DNA of 64,000 nucleotides. Origin: Octopus bimaculoides (Eukaryota). The stretch covers positions 11,972,850 to 12,036,849 of the forward strand of contig NC_068997.1 of the NCBI RefSeq assembly GCF_001194135.2, given 5' to 3'. Positions 49,756-64,000 of this stretch are shown here, one piece after another; positions within the stretch are counted from its first letter, which is position 1; each line of letters begins with the position of its first letter. The notes below the pieces were generated by a model. That model saw only the letters and a program-made list of their open reading frames with translations. It had not been told where the DNA came from and did no database searches. Position numbers and translations under genes: made by a program.

Positions 49756-52700
49756 NNNNNNNNNNNNNNNNNNNNNNNNNNNNNNNNNNNNNNNNNNNNN
49801 NNNNNNNNNNNNNNNNNNNNNNNNNNNNNNNNNNNNNNNNNNNNNNNNNNNNNNNNNNNNNNNNNNNNNNNNNNNNNNNNNNNNNNNNNNNNNNNNNNNN
49901 NNNNNNNNNNNNNNNNNNNNNNNNNNNNNNNNNNNNNNNNNNNNNNNNNNNNNNNNNNNNNNNNNNNNNNNNNNNNNNNNNNNNNNNNNNNNNNNNNNNN
50001 NNNNNNNNNNNNNNNNNNNNNNNNNNNNNNNNNNNNNNNNNNNNNNNNNNNNNNNNNNNNNNNNNNNNNNNNNNNNNNNNNNNNNNNNNNNNNNNNNNNN
50101 NNNNNNNNNNNNNNNNNNNNNNNNNNNNNGTCCGAAAGCTCATACCCAGCCTAAATCGTGCGTATTTTGTCTTACCAGGACAGAAAACTCAAATCATGTC
50201 CGTCCCAAAGGCGCAAGTCTCTTTTTCTCAAAATTCCACCACTTCTGCATAGAATGCATCATATATTCGAAGATGGCACTGGGATTTGGTGTCTCGGCAT
50301 AGATGTGTATATTCGACTCACAATACAACTCATTTCTTAGTTCTATAAATACAGATTTGGTAGATAATCTTCAACAGATATTCTTCTGTTTTATCACATT
50401 CAGCTCACACGTACATACACGCCAAAATTATCTTCAAACAAACAAAGCCGCTGGTCGTTGCAACTTTCTACACATTCCGGAAAATCGATGTTGTACCTAT
50501 ATATACCTCCTTACGTTATCTCTTTCCTCATGGTCTATTTCAGTTAAATTTCGTACATGGAAACTGCTTTTGTATTTGAGGGAGTGCGTATGTGTATGTG
50601 GGTGTGTGTATGTGTGCGTGTGTAGGCGTGTACGTATCCGAGTACGTGTGTGTGTATTTATGTATGTGTCTGTTGCTTGAGTATTTACAATTGTGCATTA
50701 GTATATGTTTGTATTTCTTTCTTTTTTACCAAGCCCCAGTAAAAAGCTCTTCTTTTACCAAATATGTAACGTAATCACTTGGTAAATATCGATAAAAGGG
50801 GTACTGGACAGGAAGCAATGTTTAAGCATGGCTGCAGTTCAATGACTAAAAGTAAAAAACAATAACACTTGAGGAATGACAGAACAGAATGCGAGGTGAT
50901 ATTTTTATTTGCAATAACACACATTGAAGGAAACTAATCTCAGTTACTAGATTTGTGTCACTTAAGAACAAAGTCTAATGCTGAAAGAAGAAAGCAAGCG
51001 GCATGATGTAATGAATATGCATTTCCTACATATATTACAGATGTTAAAGAGATTTTTAACATTAAGAATAAAATTAAATGGATTCTCTTGAGTGGTAGAC
51101 TTTGTAAATCACTCTAGTTTAACACGGCTTTTGGTCATTGATATATTTGGTGGGAATGTTCGATGTTTTAGGTCAAGTCACGGAGGTCTCATTCGAGCTA
51201 CTGGTACCAGCCTTCTTTACTGGCTAAGAAACAAAAACAAATTTAATAAGACTAAAAATAATATGTGTCGTAGTCAAAAGTAAACAGAACCTTAGATCTT
51301 GTTCTACAGTTCCTGGCACTTTAATGATTAATATTGATTTCTTATCTACCAATAAGATGCTATCACTGATAGTAATAAGAGTGAAAATGAAAAATGTAAT
51401 GTTAATGCTTTTCTCAGATTAGTCGAAGTGAAATAAAATACGTTTAAACGTGTAGCAAATTTGCTTCACAGTCTCTCTAGGTTTAAAATATATCGTTTAT
51501 GTATTGGATCGTCTCTCTTGAGAACTTTTTGCTTCCAAGTGTAAAAGGTCTTTCACTTCAATTCCAGTTAATATCAATGAAATATCGCAAACGCTTCAGT
51601 TGATGTCCTATAATATAAGGATTTGTGTAATGTAAAAATAGATTATATAGTGTAATCTACACTTATTGGTTTAGAAATACACTTAATGTTTGATAGTATT
51701 ATGTGAAAAAAATTTGAAATGTTATTTACACAAAATTATATTTATTGCTGGAAGGTAACATTAATGGAAAACTGAAATGCATAAAGTGATTGGTGAATAT
51801 TATAGGTCATGCTATTCTTAAATATATTGACACAAGTCGACAAAATGCTTCAAGTATGGAATAGAGTTAGATCTAATTTATTGTCTGCTCTGTCTCAAGA
51901 AATAGTATCCTTTTTTAATAATCACAGAACTTGAATTTTCAAAGAGATAGTGTAAAGATGATTGAATCAGCTCAATTATATTATCGATATCTTATGGATC
52001 TTCAAGAAGAATGGAAGTAAATACCTTCGCTGCAGACACACTGAAGTGCTGATGATAGAATAGCTATCTCTACCCTATTCAATTGACAGTTCGAGATTAC
52101 TCTTCAAATGTACAATACGAGATTGACAAATGTTAAAGGTATCTATAAAAGAAAACTGAAAAGTGAAAAATCAAAAACCTCTCAGTATTTATAATCATTT
52201 TCCTGGTGCTTTCCGACGTGAATTTCTTTGAGATTTTCCTACCAGAAGTAATAAAACTTATCTAAATCTATATATTTTCAAGTGATTTCTCATTTACTAT
52301 TTATCACATAATTACGATATTAAAGTCTCTATCCATTTCTTCATATCTTTTATGACTGTAATACACACAAATACACAATTTGATTTAAATATATTCCCAA
52401 GGATCTTTTATAAAGTGAAACCATTTCATTAGGTGTACATGGTGCCCAAAGGTTGACGTAAAAATATTTGATTGCTAATTTGCTTTGTTTTATATTTTTT
52501 TCGTTCGAATATTTTATAGCTTATTCTTGAGTCAATAAAAAGACAATTCCGTTCTATAAATATGTTTCTGCTACAGTAAAAATAACATAAATGCCGTTGT
52601 CTCTTCTGACACTTCATTTAAATATTTATTCATTGAAGTATTTATAGCGATTAATGGACATTATGTCCGAATCGCATTTAGATAAGAAAACTAAATTCAT

Positions 52701-53574
52701 ACACACGGTTTCGTTCATATATATGTATGTCTTTGTTTATGGCGTATTCATGGATGTTAGTGTTTACGCCCAAGTGCGTATGTCTTTATATGTGTGTGTG
52801 TGTGTACATATATATTAAATATATTATTCTTTAAGTCATAAATAAATATGAAATCCAGTTTTATGACTAATTAATATGTGCGGAGTACAATTATTAAAGA
52901 AATAAATTAAACACAATATATTTGTATTCTAATAGATGATTTTCGTGAATGGAATCTTTCTCGTCATGCCTACACGTTTGATGAAGTATATAATGATGCA
53001 GCCTAACACTATATTAGGAACGCAAAGCGACGAAGTTAATGTCATTTACTGTAATGAATTGATAGGTAACATACATATATACATACATACACACATACAT
53101 ACATAACATACATACATACATACATACATGCATACGTAGACTGAGACACACGCATACACACACAAATACATATTAAAAGTAACTCCATCTGTTTGTATCT
53201 ATGTATGTGCATAGTAGTGTATATCGATACTTCGATGTATGATTGTGTGGTCAAAATTTCTATTCCTGAAATTCGCTTTCGAAACTGTAAGAATTGGCTG
53301 GGGGGGGGGTCCGAAATAACCAAAATGCTTCTAGGAAAATTATATTCTTTGATTAGAAATCACGAGTTTTGCTCTAAACTGGTCATTGATTATCAAACAG
53401 AAAATCAAAATGGATGACTGAATGTGACAGCATGAAGAGGTGGAATAGTAAAACATAAATATTCAGTACATATTTGGCATGGCTAAACACGCGTTATTTA
53501 TATAAAAAGGAAAGAGGTTAATAGAATATAGACATACACACAAACACTCAAATACATACGTACATAAATATTTG

Positions 53575-53811
53575 ACTCGCATCCTAAGTCTCACCGGGCC
53601 GCTTACCTGGTTTCCAAGGCGTCTAATTTGCTAGGATTACAACATCTCCCATGAACGGGATGCCAATGCATCGCAGCATTATTCATTTACAGGTGAATGG
53701 ACTGAACCAAGGTGAAATGTAGTGTTTTGCTCAAGAACATAAGACACCACCTGCTCGGGGAATCGAACCCATGATCAAGCGATCTCGAGTGTAACATCCA
53801 AACAGCTAGGC
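53575..53811 (-). mobile_element. tRNA-derived CORE-like SINE, family C
   Basis: Reverse strand gcctagctg...gggttcgattccc (B box) then gttcttgagcaaaacactacatttcacc...ctgtaaatgaata, resembling the CORE domain. Confidence 0.75.
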
Positions 53812-55315
53812 TTACTATATACGTATATGTACGTGTGTGCTTCTGTATTTGCATGTCTGTGTATCGTTCCTTCTATGTAAATCTTATGTAAATGAATTAC
53901 TTTACGTTTCAATAAACGATGTTTTCATTTTGTATACTTGTTTAGTTAGCAATTACCACTGAATTTGAAAGTTCATTTCTGACAACATATCATTGATTCC
54001 TTATCTGGATCTCATTTGTTAGATGCTACTCTGATCTATTCACTACCAAGAATTACTGAAAATTAATACTTTATTTTCCTATTGGAAACAAGTTACGCAA
54101 CTTACCATCAACATATTCTTATATGTTAATATTGCTATATTTATTCTTATATAAATACGTGATTTTTTTTTTTATTTAGGGTATAATATACATGCTCTCC
54201 ATCCTTTTGGCTTGATTTTTTAAACTTTTATTTGACTTTCTGTAACAATTGAGAATAAGAGATTAATGCTATATTCTAAAATAATTATATCTACTATATA
54301 ATTTTCTCTTATGTTATTCGACGCTTAACAAATATGTATGTTTGCAACAAGGATAGTTATAAATTAAAAGAAAATCTGTTTAAAAAAATACGTGTAATTA
54401 TCTCATTTTATTTTAGGGTTATGAAATGAGATGGATGAAAAAGATCCATTTACTTTATGTGATATAATATAAATGGATGGTTTATTTCTTGTGACGAACT
54501 AAGAAATATATCTGATAGGTAATTTGTAATAAACTGCTCTAGGAAGGCGACTTTTGTGATAAATTTTATATTCTTTTCTCAATTATGTATTCATGTGTTC
54601 AGTCGGAGTTAACGAAGTTGAAAACTGCTGGAATATGTATATTTTTCCGATTTATGACATACATATTTAATCAATTTGAATAAGAAAATACATAAAGAGC
54701 AAAAATAATTTATTCGATTGAAAATACGTCAAGAATTTTCATTTTCATTCAAAAAAATATTTTATTATCAAATAAAATATAATGTTTTATCTTTGTGAAA
54801 ATGCTGACGTATGATTAAGCAAAACAATGTTGTAGAAAATATTCAAATTGTACTCTTTTCAAAGAATATATTACATGATTTAATAAAGCAAATTATCAAA
54901 ACGTTTTTCAAAGTAAACTTTTATCTAAAAATGCATGAAACATCAGTTAATTTGTTGTTATGACATATTGATGTACAGGATCGTGTTTAATATGAGATTC
55001 CAAGAGCAGCAAAGTGGTTGGAAGTATTGTGGAACGGCTTAAATCAATTTCATTATAGGCTGTAGTTATAATATTAGATGCAACTGAGCCTTCACATCTA
55101 ACTTTGATATGTAGCTATACTATATGTATATTATATGTATACTATATGTATTTTGTAATATTTATTATTATGGACGGATGGAAGCAGACGAAAGTACATC
55201 TAGTTGAAATCTAGGTGTCATATACTGTAGGATTTTCCAAAAATAGATGTACAAGAAGTATGAGAAAATGCAACAATCGCGCGATAACAATATACTTATA
55301 TTGGTTTCAAATTAT

Positions 55316-55518
55316 GGTATAGGGCCAGCAATTCCAAAGGAGGGGTGACGTCGATTACATCGTTCCCAGTGCTCAACTGGTACTAATTTTATCGACCCCT
55401 AAAAGATAAAAGGCAACGTTGACCACAGCAGAATCTTAACTCAGAACATAAAGACGGACGAAATGCTGCTAAGCATTATCCTTGGCGTGCTAACCACTGT
55501 GCGAGCTCGCCGCCCTGC
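55316..55518 (-). mobile_element. SINE family A (older, diverged)
   Basis: Alignable by eye to 35066-35284. Confidence 0.85.
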
Positions 55519-57258
55519 AAGATATTTATGTTAGCGCAATCTTCGTTGATGTAACAATTACCAAAACTAAAGGGAGCAGTTTAATAATTTAATGCTAGAT
55601 GTGTTGTACAATTGAAAACACTCGTAGAATTCTATACTTTAGAAAGCATTAAGCGATATGCATGCCACTAACGGAAGCCAATCTCTCAAGAAACATATTA
55701 GGTGTAGGAAACAAACATCATGCTATGTCGTTTTATATGCTGACTGAAAATAATTAAAAGTAGGGATTCCATGTTCATTCATAACGATGTCAAATCTTCA
55801 ATGTCGCCATATCAACAGTAAATGTAAAGCAACTTTACTCGGTGATGTAAATGGTATAACACCCACCACATTACTCTGCTCATTTCCTCTTACTACACTT
55901 AAACAGTTGCTCACAAAGACAGACTGAATGAAATGCTGCATCAAAACGCCAATCTAATTCCAAAATCAGATATTCAGAGACCACATTGTCTTGTGAATGT
56001 CATATTATGACTATGGACAAGTAGATTCTCTACTTCATTTCATATGTATCTTGTTCATGTGGCAAATATTATGTTGCTTAATAAAATGGTATGATAATCT
56101 CGATCTATATTTCTCAAATACGTCATCATTATGAAATCCACTCCCAAGGGGGTTCTGATCGTTGCAGAATTAATGTATGGTATATTGCAGAAAGGAACAT
56201 GTAACTCAGTATTTCACATGGGGCTCTTCAGTTCTGTGAAATGGAATTTGAAGTAATCTTATTGTAAATTAATAATGAATAGGGTATGTAAGCTGAAATA
56301 CATCTGAGTACTCTCAATGGAACTCTAGGATATGCATCTCGCATGATAAAATACCACTAATGCAAGCTGTGTACATTATGTCTCTGGAGGCTAAAGATGA
56401 TGTTGTGCAAAAAATCATACTCGACGAGAGAATAACTTTCCTAATTCAAAATACATCGGTTTTTTACCTCTGAAATGAGAAAAATACGCGCAAAAAGAAA
56501 CTTGCTTAAAATTTAATTCATGCAAATAGATTTAAGCTAAAACAATATCGGGTGTCGTAAAAAAATCTAGTGTTATATAAAATCTAAAAACCAGTCTATA
56601 TTTGATATAGATACTTCTTAAGAATTGTTAGTGTAACAAGTAAGTCTTAAGGTGAATATCAATATGCAACTTCATAAGAGACTAGTAGATGGTATCGGAC
56701 TCTCTTACCAGTCTGATGTACGTGGTAATTGCTTTTAATGAAGCCGACATTTAAGAATGTCGTATTTAAAAAATAAACTTGATAGTTTTCAGTTCCATCA
56801 TGTGTGTAGTTTCTGCCACAGAAGTTTGACATTGATAGTTTTTCAATTCATTCATAGTTTTTTAATCCTTATTTCCACAAAAAATTTGTATTTGATGTAC
56901 GTGGCATTGAGCACCGTCCATTTCCAAATGGGATTCGTCATTGTAGCTGCAATTCATTCTCAGAATTTCAGGAAGGTATAATGGATACAATAGCTCTGTA
57001 TGAGCATCACATCACTTGCTTTATTATATAGTTGAGTCAACTTTGGCTTCATAAAAAGTCAACTCAACGTTGAATATCTGGCTTAAGTGTTATAAACATA
57101 TATTAACCTCCCTTCATTAACACCTTAGAAAATTTTGGTTTCCAAGTACTAGAACTGTTGTTAATCTTAATACAGATGGCATCGAAGATCTTATAATGAT
57201 GTCCCCACTAAAATATATATATATAAGCAACTGTTACTTATTTTTCCAATCCCAATAA

Positions 57259-57369
57259 TGAAAGGCAAACTTGATCCCGGTGACATTTGAACTCGGAACG
57301 TAAAGGCGGACGAAATGCCGCTAACCATTTCACCGGGAATGCTAACGATTCTACATCCTCACCGTCTTA
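57259..57369 (-). mobile_element. SINE family A 5' fragment
   Basis: atgaaaggcaaac...tttgaactcggaacgtaaag...gctaacgattct. Confidence 0.8.
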
Positions 57370-57705
57370 CAGTGAAATATAAATATTAGCACCAGAAAGA
57401 GTTGACAATGTCAAGAATTCTGTAACGAATGCATTAGTACATATAAACGAATTTTTAACGACAACACTTCAATACCTGAAGTTAATAATCAATTATAACT
57501 TAAAACCAACTCAGAGAAATAGAAAAATTTCGTTGCAATAATTAACGAATATAATTTTCCGTTAATTTTACTTTTTTGAGCAGAGATCTTGATAAATTTG
57601 ATGCATTATCAAATTTGTTGTAACCATATAATGTAATATCGTATTGGCTACAGAGTGGGAGGTCTGACTCCAAACATAGCCATCCATACACGCGTAGACA
57701 CCAGC

Positions 57706-57848
<143 letters not shown>

Positions 57849-58040
57849 GAAAAACGGGTGCTCAGGCGAATCTGATTCCAGTGTGATTATTTTCTTAATT
57901 TATAGCAATTCTTTCAGTTCAAATATATTGTGTCTGGGCTTATTTCATTGTTATCGTCATAAATTTAAAATAATACTATTTCAACAATTCAGTAAAGTTA
58001 AAAAGTTTAGTACGAATGGTTTCAGTATTTAATACACATT

Positions 58041-58260
58041 AAGGCGACGAGTGGATAGAACCGTCAGTATGCCAGACAAAAAGCTTAACGACATTTCTTC
58101 CGGATCTTTACGTTCGGGTTTCAAATTTTACCGAGGTTGACTTTACCTTTCATCCTTTCGAGGTCCATCAAATAAGTTCTAGCTGAGCACTGAGTTAGAT
58201 GTAGTTGACAACATATCTCCGCGCCAAATTTTAGGCCTTGATCCTATAGTAGAGTGAATT
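58041..58260 (+). mobile_element. SINE family A (diverged)
   Basis: aaggcgacgag...tttcaaattttaccgaggttgactttacctttcatcctttcg...ggccttgatcctatagtag. Confidence 0.82.
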
Positions 58261-58577
58261 ATTTAATATGTATTATATCTCTTAATTTGCCCGCATACAA
58301 CAGAGCGTAGTGTCTGTCCGTACTCCAGTCGTTGCTGAAATATCTAATTTTCCCAGACGCCATTTTATCTTTTTCTGCATTTCAGTACATTTTACAGACA
58401 TAGAAATGCTATTCCTTTGTTATGAAACTGGAAATTTCATAGTCTTATGACAAGTTAAGTATAAAACAGTCTCATTCATAAATGTAATGCAAACTTTTAC
58501 TAAATACAGTCCAATCTTTTTATTAAATAACTTCTGACATAAATTTGCCAAAAACCACTTCAGAACATGGATTGAAT

Positions 58578-58618
<41 letters not shown>

Positions 58619-58656
58619 CGGATAAACTGGCAACATGACCATCCCCAAATACAATA

Positions 58657-58708
<52 letters not shown>

Positions 58709-59386
58709 TAAAAAGTTATTAAAATGCCTTGATGATGGTGGTAATACACACACACACACGCGCTCATATATACATAGATATATATATATATATATATATA
58801 CCTGTATAATGTACAATTATACTTAGCAAAAAAGTTATTTTGCCTATATGCTGAAAGGATACGCCGAATACGTCTTACCACGTCAAATATTCACTCCACA
58901 ATTGCTTACACAGGTTATAAGCGGAAACGCAGGCTGGGTAAAAATCCATTAGTTTGCCGACTTTTCCTTCATCAGTAAATCACGCTGGGCCAAATAAATG
59001 AAATATCCTTATATACGTAATTCCGTGTGAATTCCGTGTGAATTCTTCAGGACTTCATATATTTCGTAGAGTAATTAATAACATTAATAATGATGAGGAA
59101 AGGAGAGATGTTTCACATTCATAAATTTTATAAGAGTTATTTACTACATACTCTCCGAACCTATACGTGTTTCAACTACAGCGTCTACGCATTGTTGGAT
59201 ATACCACCTTTCACTATCGTCGGGGTAGTTTATTTTTAAAACCATGTTTCGTTTCACCTTATGCGATAATAGGAGTGAATCCCAGTTCAAGATTCATATG
59301 ACTATTAATAGTAACACCTCTACCCTCCACTAAACACCAACAAATAGGCACTTTATTCATCCAGTTTATTTCGAAACGGTTTAGAG

Positions 59387-59717
59387 CTGTGGTTCTCAAA
59401 CGGGGTGCATATGGCTACCTGAGGGCCCATATAAGATTTTTGGGATTCCACAAAACTAAGTAGTAAAGTTGAGATCAACATAGTATTTTAAGGGCCTCTG
59501 AAAAATTTTGCTTTAGATGTATGTTTTGTAATTTATTGGAAGAAAAGGGTTTTTTTCTAACATTTTACATAGTTCAACCTACACAAGTGAATGTGTGAAA
59601 AACAAAATAGAAATTTTGAAAGAAGTTTCTATAAAACTAGTCGAATGGTTATGGGGGTCCACCATCATAAAATTGTAACCAATGGGGTCCATTGATAAAG
59701 AAAGTTGAAAACCCTTG
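59387..59717. mobile_element. hAT/Charlie-type MITE (331 bp)
   Basis: Ends CTGTGGTTCTCAA...TTGAAAACCCTTG resemble the CAGTGGTTCTCAA Charlie TIR. 8-bp TSD gtttagag/ggctagag fits the NTCTAGAN preference. Confidence 0.75.
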
Positions 59718-60374
59718 GGCTAGAGTAAAGGAATCCTGAGGAAACTGCAGCGACGATGGTTCAAGGTTGCATATCCAGCATTGTGCAGTGATTGTAATTG
59801 AAACATATTCCGGAGAATTTGCTGTAAATAACTATTAAATAAAATTTATGGAAGTCAAACATCTTCATTCGCCTTAACATTATTAATGTTATACATACAC
59901 ACAATCACACACACACACACACATTCACGCACAAACACGAGCCAAAGAGAAGTGGAGAAATTCTGTTTCATTAATTGCTTTCAACATCAGAATAACAAAT
60001 AGATATTTAATTTTGCATATGTGTAATTAAACGCTATACAGTAGTAATACCATGAATACGAAAATGTAATGAAGTTGTGGTTTAAATGGAATAAAACCTT
60101 CATTACAATTAGCATTAATATTATCAATAATAACTCAAAAACATGAAGAAAATTTGTAACCACCAATCCTCACTGCTTCACTAAACAAAACCATATCTTT
60201 AAGTAATTTCTTAAATGCTTGTTTATCTATATTTCGTAAAAATTAATTTCAAAAGCATTTTAGAATTTGTTGCTCCATACAAATAGGAATATTCAGGAGA
60301 ATTCATCAGTCTTCATTTGAAACTAACGAAATTTCAAAGTAACCACAAATTTATAGTATATATATATATATATA

Positions 60375-60420
<46 letters not shown>

Positions 60421-60729
60421 TAATAATAATAAATGGAGCAAAACGCATATAAATAAAAGTTCCTTTAATTCCTACACATGTTTCAAAATAAATGAGAGGT
60501 CTTTCACAAAGGAGTAAGATCTGATGGGATTCCTCATGTATTTCTCTTCAGGGAGTTCATAATAAAACATATAATAGCAAGACAAAAACGAAATGATGAG
60601 GTAACTTACGAGCAAAGATATTACACGGACAGTGTAATATATATAGGTAAAGAATAAAAAGTTTTGAATGGTACAACAATGCACTATAATACAAAATATG
60701 GACTATATACCTGTTGTAATTTAGTTATC

Positions 60730-60990
60730 TATAGTCCGATGATATTTCGGAATACAATTCCTTCTTCAGATATTCGTAGATGGAGTCGCTGCTATAATCT
60801 GTCTTCCAACGGCTTTTGTTTTTCGGAAGCGTCTCAGTTGTGGTCTCACGAAGCTCCTTCCGGAATTCCTCATGAGAAGTGTGTGAGGTCGGCTATGTCT
60901 CAATCTCGTGTGTGTTGGTACATCTGCAGCGCGGCTTCTAAGTTTTTTCTCCATTTTCTTTGCATTAGTAAACCTTGCAAATACACAAAT
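60730..60990 (-). pseudogene. LINE ORF2 fragment (endonuclease-RT linker)
   Basis: HEEFRKELRETTTETLPKNKSRWKTDYSSDSIYEYLKKE resembles the RTE-type linker (A.E.L...K..W.S..T..LI..R); stops upstream. Confidence 0.3.
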
Positions 60991-61391
60991 CTAGACGGAA
61001 AATAATCAACCATTATTATCTATATTGATTATTGAATTTAAAGTTTGCAATGATTAATCAAGAGTCCCCGGTTATATTTTACTAACGTATACAAGATGTT
61101 TGTTACGATATCCATAATATTTGCCAAATAACGTGTGTTGAATGAAATTTTTAGCAAAGATAATGAAACAATAAAACTCAGCAAAAATTTCAGAACAAGG
61201 GTTAAAATTGTTTTTGTATAATAAATTTAATCTTATTGATTCAGAATTGAAATTACGTTTGAAATTACGATTTGTTGCACCTGCAGAAATAGATTAACGA
61301 CTGCAAAAAAGAAAACCACCTTCATAGCTATATACATCGATTGTAGAAAACATTCATGTTTAATTTGTGCTGGGTAGTGATATATATACTG

Positions 61392-61432
<41 letters not shown>

Positions 61433-61435
<3 letters not shown>

Positions 61436-61597
61436 TCTTTACTCTTTTACTCTTAAACTTCTTTCAGTTATTTGATTGCGGCCGTGCTGGTGCACCGCTT
61501 TTATAGTCCACCAAATCGACACCAGAGTTTATTCTTTGTAAACCTAGTACTTGTTCTATCGGTATCTTTTGCCAAACCGCTAAGTTACGGGGACAAT
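61433..61597 (-). mobile_element. SINE family B 3' part inserted at (TA)n
   Basis: tactctttactc...gattgcggccgtgctggtgcaccgc...cctagtacttgttctatcgg...ccgctaagttacggggac. Confidence 0.88.
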
Positions 61598-62129
61598 GGA
61601 ATTATAAAATGAGTTATATAACTGAGAAATTAATTAATTATACTCTGAGTTAATAAACTCCATTCACATGGAACCCCGTCCTTCACCAAAAGGCAACTCC
61701 ACCAGAGTGGCTACTGAAAAGGCGATTACCCTGGTAGTGCTCCAGCATGGGCACATCCTTAAAGATAGAAAAATAAGAGAAAATCATCATTTTGTGTAAG
61801 CAACAAGAAATTTTATAGAAGTTAAACTGTGATTATAGTATTTGTGCCAACTTTCCTGGTAGTGCCTAATGTATTTGGTGAGATAAATACAACACAGTAT
61901 TACAACCAGAAGATTTGTTCCCCTTAATTGTAACGATACATATTACTTCATTTTACGATAAAGGAAATATAATAATTTTATTTGATTTGATATAAATCTA
62001 AACTGTTCTTTCTTTATCGAGTAAACAGTAAAAGACAGCAAAACATGCTAGAACTGATGTTGACGTTGATCTTAAATGAAAGATCCAGTAAAAAATACAA
62101 CTGAAATTTGTTTTACTCTGATTATTACT

Positions 62130-62330
62130 ATTTCATTCGAAACCATTGCAAAAATCCTTTATGTGGTCGCTCAACATTCTGGAAATATTCGCTTCGTTTG
62201 ATTCAGAAGACTCCTTGCTGTCTACAAAAAAATCTTGATGCTTGAATTGAATTAAATAATATGCACTTCGAGATTGGACGATTAGAACTGGAACGAGCTT
62301 CATCATGGGTCCACTCAATCATTGCGTATT
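62130..62330 (-). pseudogene. Decayed mariner transposase C-terminus
   Basis: SSNRPISKCILFNSIQ aligns to SPDLAPSDYHLFRSLQ; a later NISRML...CNG segment is weakly similar to GIxxLxxRW...NG. Confidence 0.35.
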
Positions 62331-63281
62331 TATTGCTATGCGTGGTTCCCTTTTGAATTTTCACTTTGAAGTTTGATTATAACTATATAAACAGCGTATT
62401 TAGATAGTACGGAGTAAAATCCATTTCGAATAACAAATGAGAAGGTTTATAGTTTTTAATCTTTCGATGGAATTGTCCAATAAACTATTCAACCAAAGAA
62501 ATTTCCGGACAATTAAATAATTAGATTTAGATTAACCTTTACCTCTGCATTAAATTTGCCTCTCCACTAAAATCATTGGTACTAATCACTATTCTCAATA
62601 TTTAATTTCTGCATAATGGGATGGACTGAAAATTAGATTATTTCAATTTAATAGCCAATAGAACTACTTGTATCTGTTTAAAGCTTGAATGTTGGAAATA
62701 TGTATTCAGGCATGTAGTTATACACTACATTATCTGGCTTGAAAAGATATCGTATAAGAGAACATGCAGTATTCATCGGAGTATGTGAACATTCTTTAAT
62801 CATCCAGAAGTAATTAAGTCTGTATGCGATGAATTAGAGGCAGAATACGTTTATATTCGTATACACGGTCTAATTATATCAATATAACAGATTTTACAGA
62901 CAGAATGTTACGATGCTATCTGAATATGCAACCAAACTATGTAAACAAGAACCCTAATATACTGGTGTTTAAAACAGGGTTAAACATTCGGCTTGAGAAA
63001 TGTTTCGGATAACTAGCTGAACAATCGATTTTATTTTCGTATGTCATCCGTGCGGAATATCATAGATCCCAGCTAGTTCAGGTGATCGTGGTGTAAATCG
63101 CGTACATGAAACAGTCGTGTCTGTGATATAAAAGTACTAAAATACCAACAGAATTTTTTGTGTTGAATATTTGCAAAGACAAGTCGGAAAAGTGTCCGCA
63201 TCTGATATTAAGCTTGCAACTAGCGACTATGGAAACTCAGCCAATTTGTTGATATTTTATTTATTCATTTATTATTTATTT

Positions 63282-63291
63282 ATTTATTTAT

Positions 63292-63323
<32 letters not shown>

Positions 63324-63324
63324 A

Positions 63325-63360
<36 letters not shown>

Positions 63361-63378
63361 CATCATCATTATTATTTT
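63282..63378. repeat. (ATT)n/(ATTT)n microsatellite
   Basis: Direct reading. Confidence 0.92.
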
Positions 63379-63390
63379 ATATTAATAGCT

Positions 63391-63965
63391 TTCCGAGGTC
63401 GTCTCTGCTTTTCATCCTTTCGGAGTCGATAAAATAGGTACCAGTACAGCAAAGAGGTCGATGTAATGGACTTACCACCTCTCCCAAAACTTCTGGCCTT
63501 GTACCAAAGTTTGAAACTGATATTAGTAACTCTTGTATGACAGTGCGCTAACAGAATCGTTAAACACGACGGGCAAATTGCTTAGCAGTATTTCGTCCGA
63601 CTTTATATTCTGGGTTCAAGTTCCGCTAAGGGCGATATTTGCCTTTCGTAATTTCGGTTCGATATTATAAAAACGAAAAAAAAAGTACTGGGGCCGATAG
63701 AATCGACTAGCCCCCCTCCCTAACATTTCAGGCCTTGTATCTATAGTGGAAAGGATACTAATAACCTTCGTAAGACGCAGAGCTGGCAGAATCGATCATC
63801 ACACCGGGCAAATTGCTTAGCGGTATTTCGTCCGACATTATGGTTGAAATTCTTTTCATCCTTCCGGAGCTGATAGAACGTGTGTATTAATTGAGTATTC
63901 GGGGTCGATGTAATATCCTTTCGCCCTCCTCATACATTGATGGCATTGAGCCAAAATTTGAAACA
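63391..63965 (+). mobile_element. Three head-to-tail SINE family A copies (63391-63517, 63545-63757, 63771-63965)
   Basis: Each has part of the head, a ttcatcctt or gcctttc body and a ggccttg/ggcattg 3' end. Confidence 0.8.
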
Positions 63966-64000
63966 CTCCAAGTTGGCTTACTGTTTTTCGTTCCACCAAC

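Noticed and set aside
58845-58980. CTGAAAGG...CCGAATACGTC (plus) and CTGATGAAGG...GGCAAAC (minus) hammerhead-like strings
   Set aside because: Core positions are mutated and there is no stem I pairing.

Overview
Eukaryotic, AT-rich, mostly non-coding DNA with 11 N-gaps, most of them flanked by microsatellites. The repeat families and microsatellite load look like an octopus (coleoid cephalopod) draft assembly; this is recalled, not database-checked. There is no intact long ORF and no gene I can name. Most ORF-track entries are artefacts of (CA)n/(TA)n/(GATA)n repeats or N-runs. Supported content: many tRNA-derived SINE copies of about three families, a long-TIR MITE, a hAT/Charlie-type MITE, three mariner transposase relics, a pol-deleted Gypsy (Mag-like) LTR element, and decayed LINE and Penelope-like fragments. 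One mariner relic is a fold-back element with ~220-bp arms. There is also a CpG/ETS/CCAAT-rich promoter-like island at ~4.5 kb and a few low-confidence candidate exons. The best hidden signal is a near-complete type I hammerhead ribozyme fold at 8465-8535, with two degenerate relatives at ~16.3 kb and ~47.8 kb, suggesting Penelope/retrozyme-type repeats.
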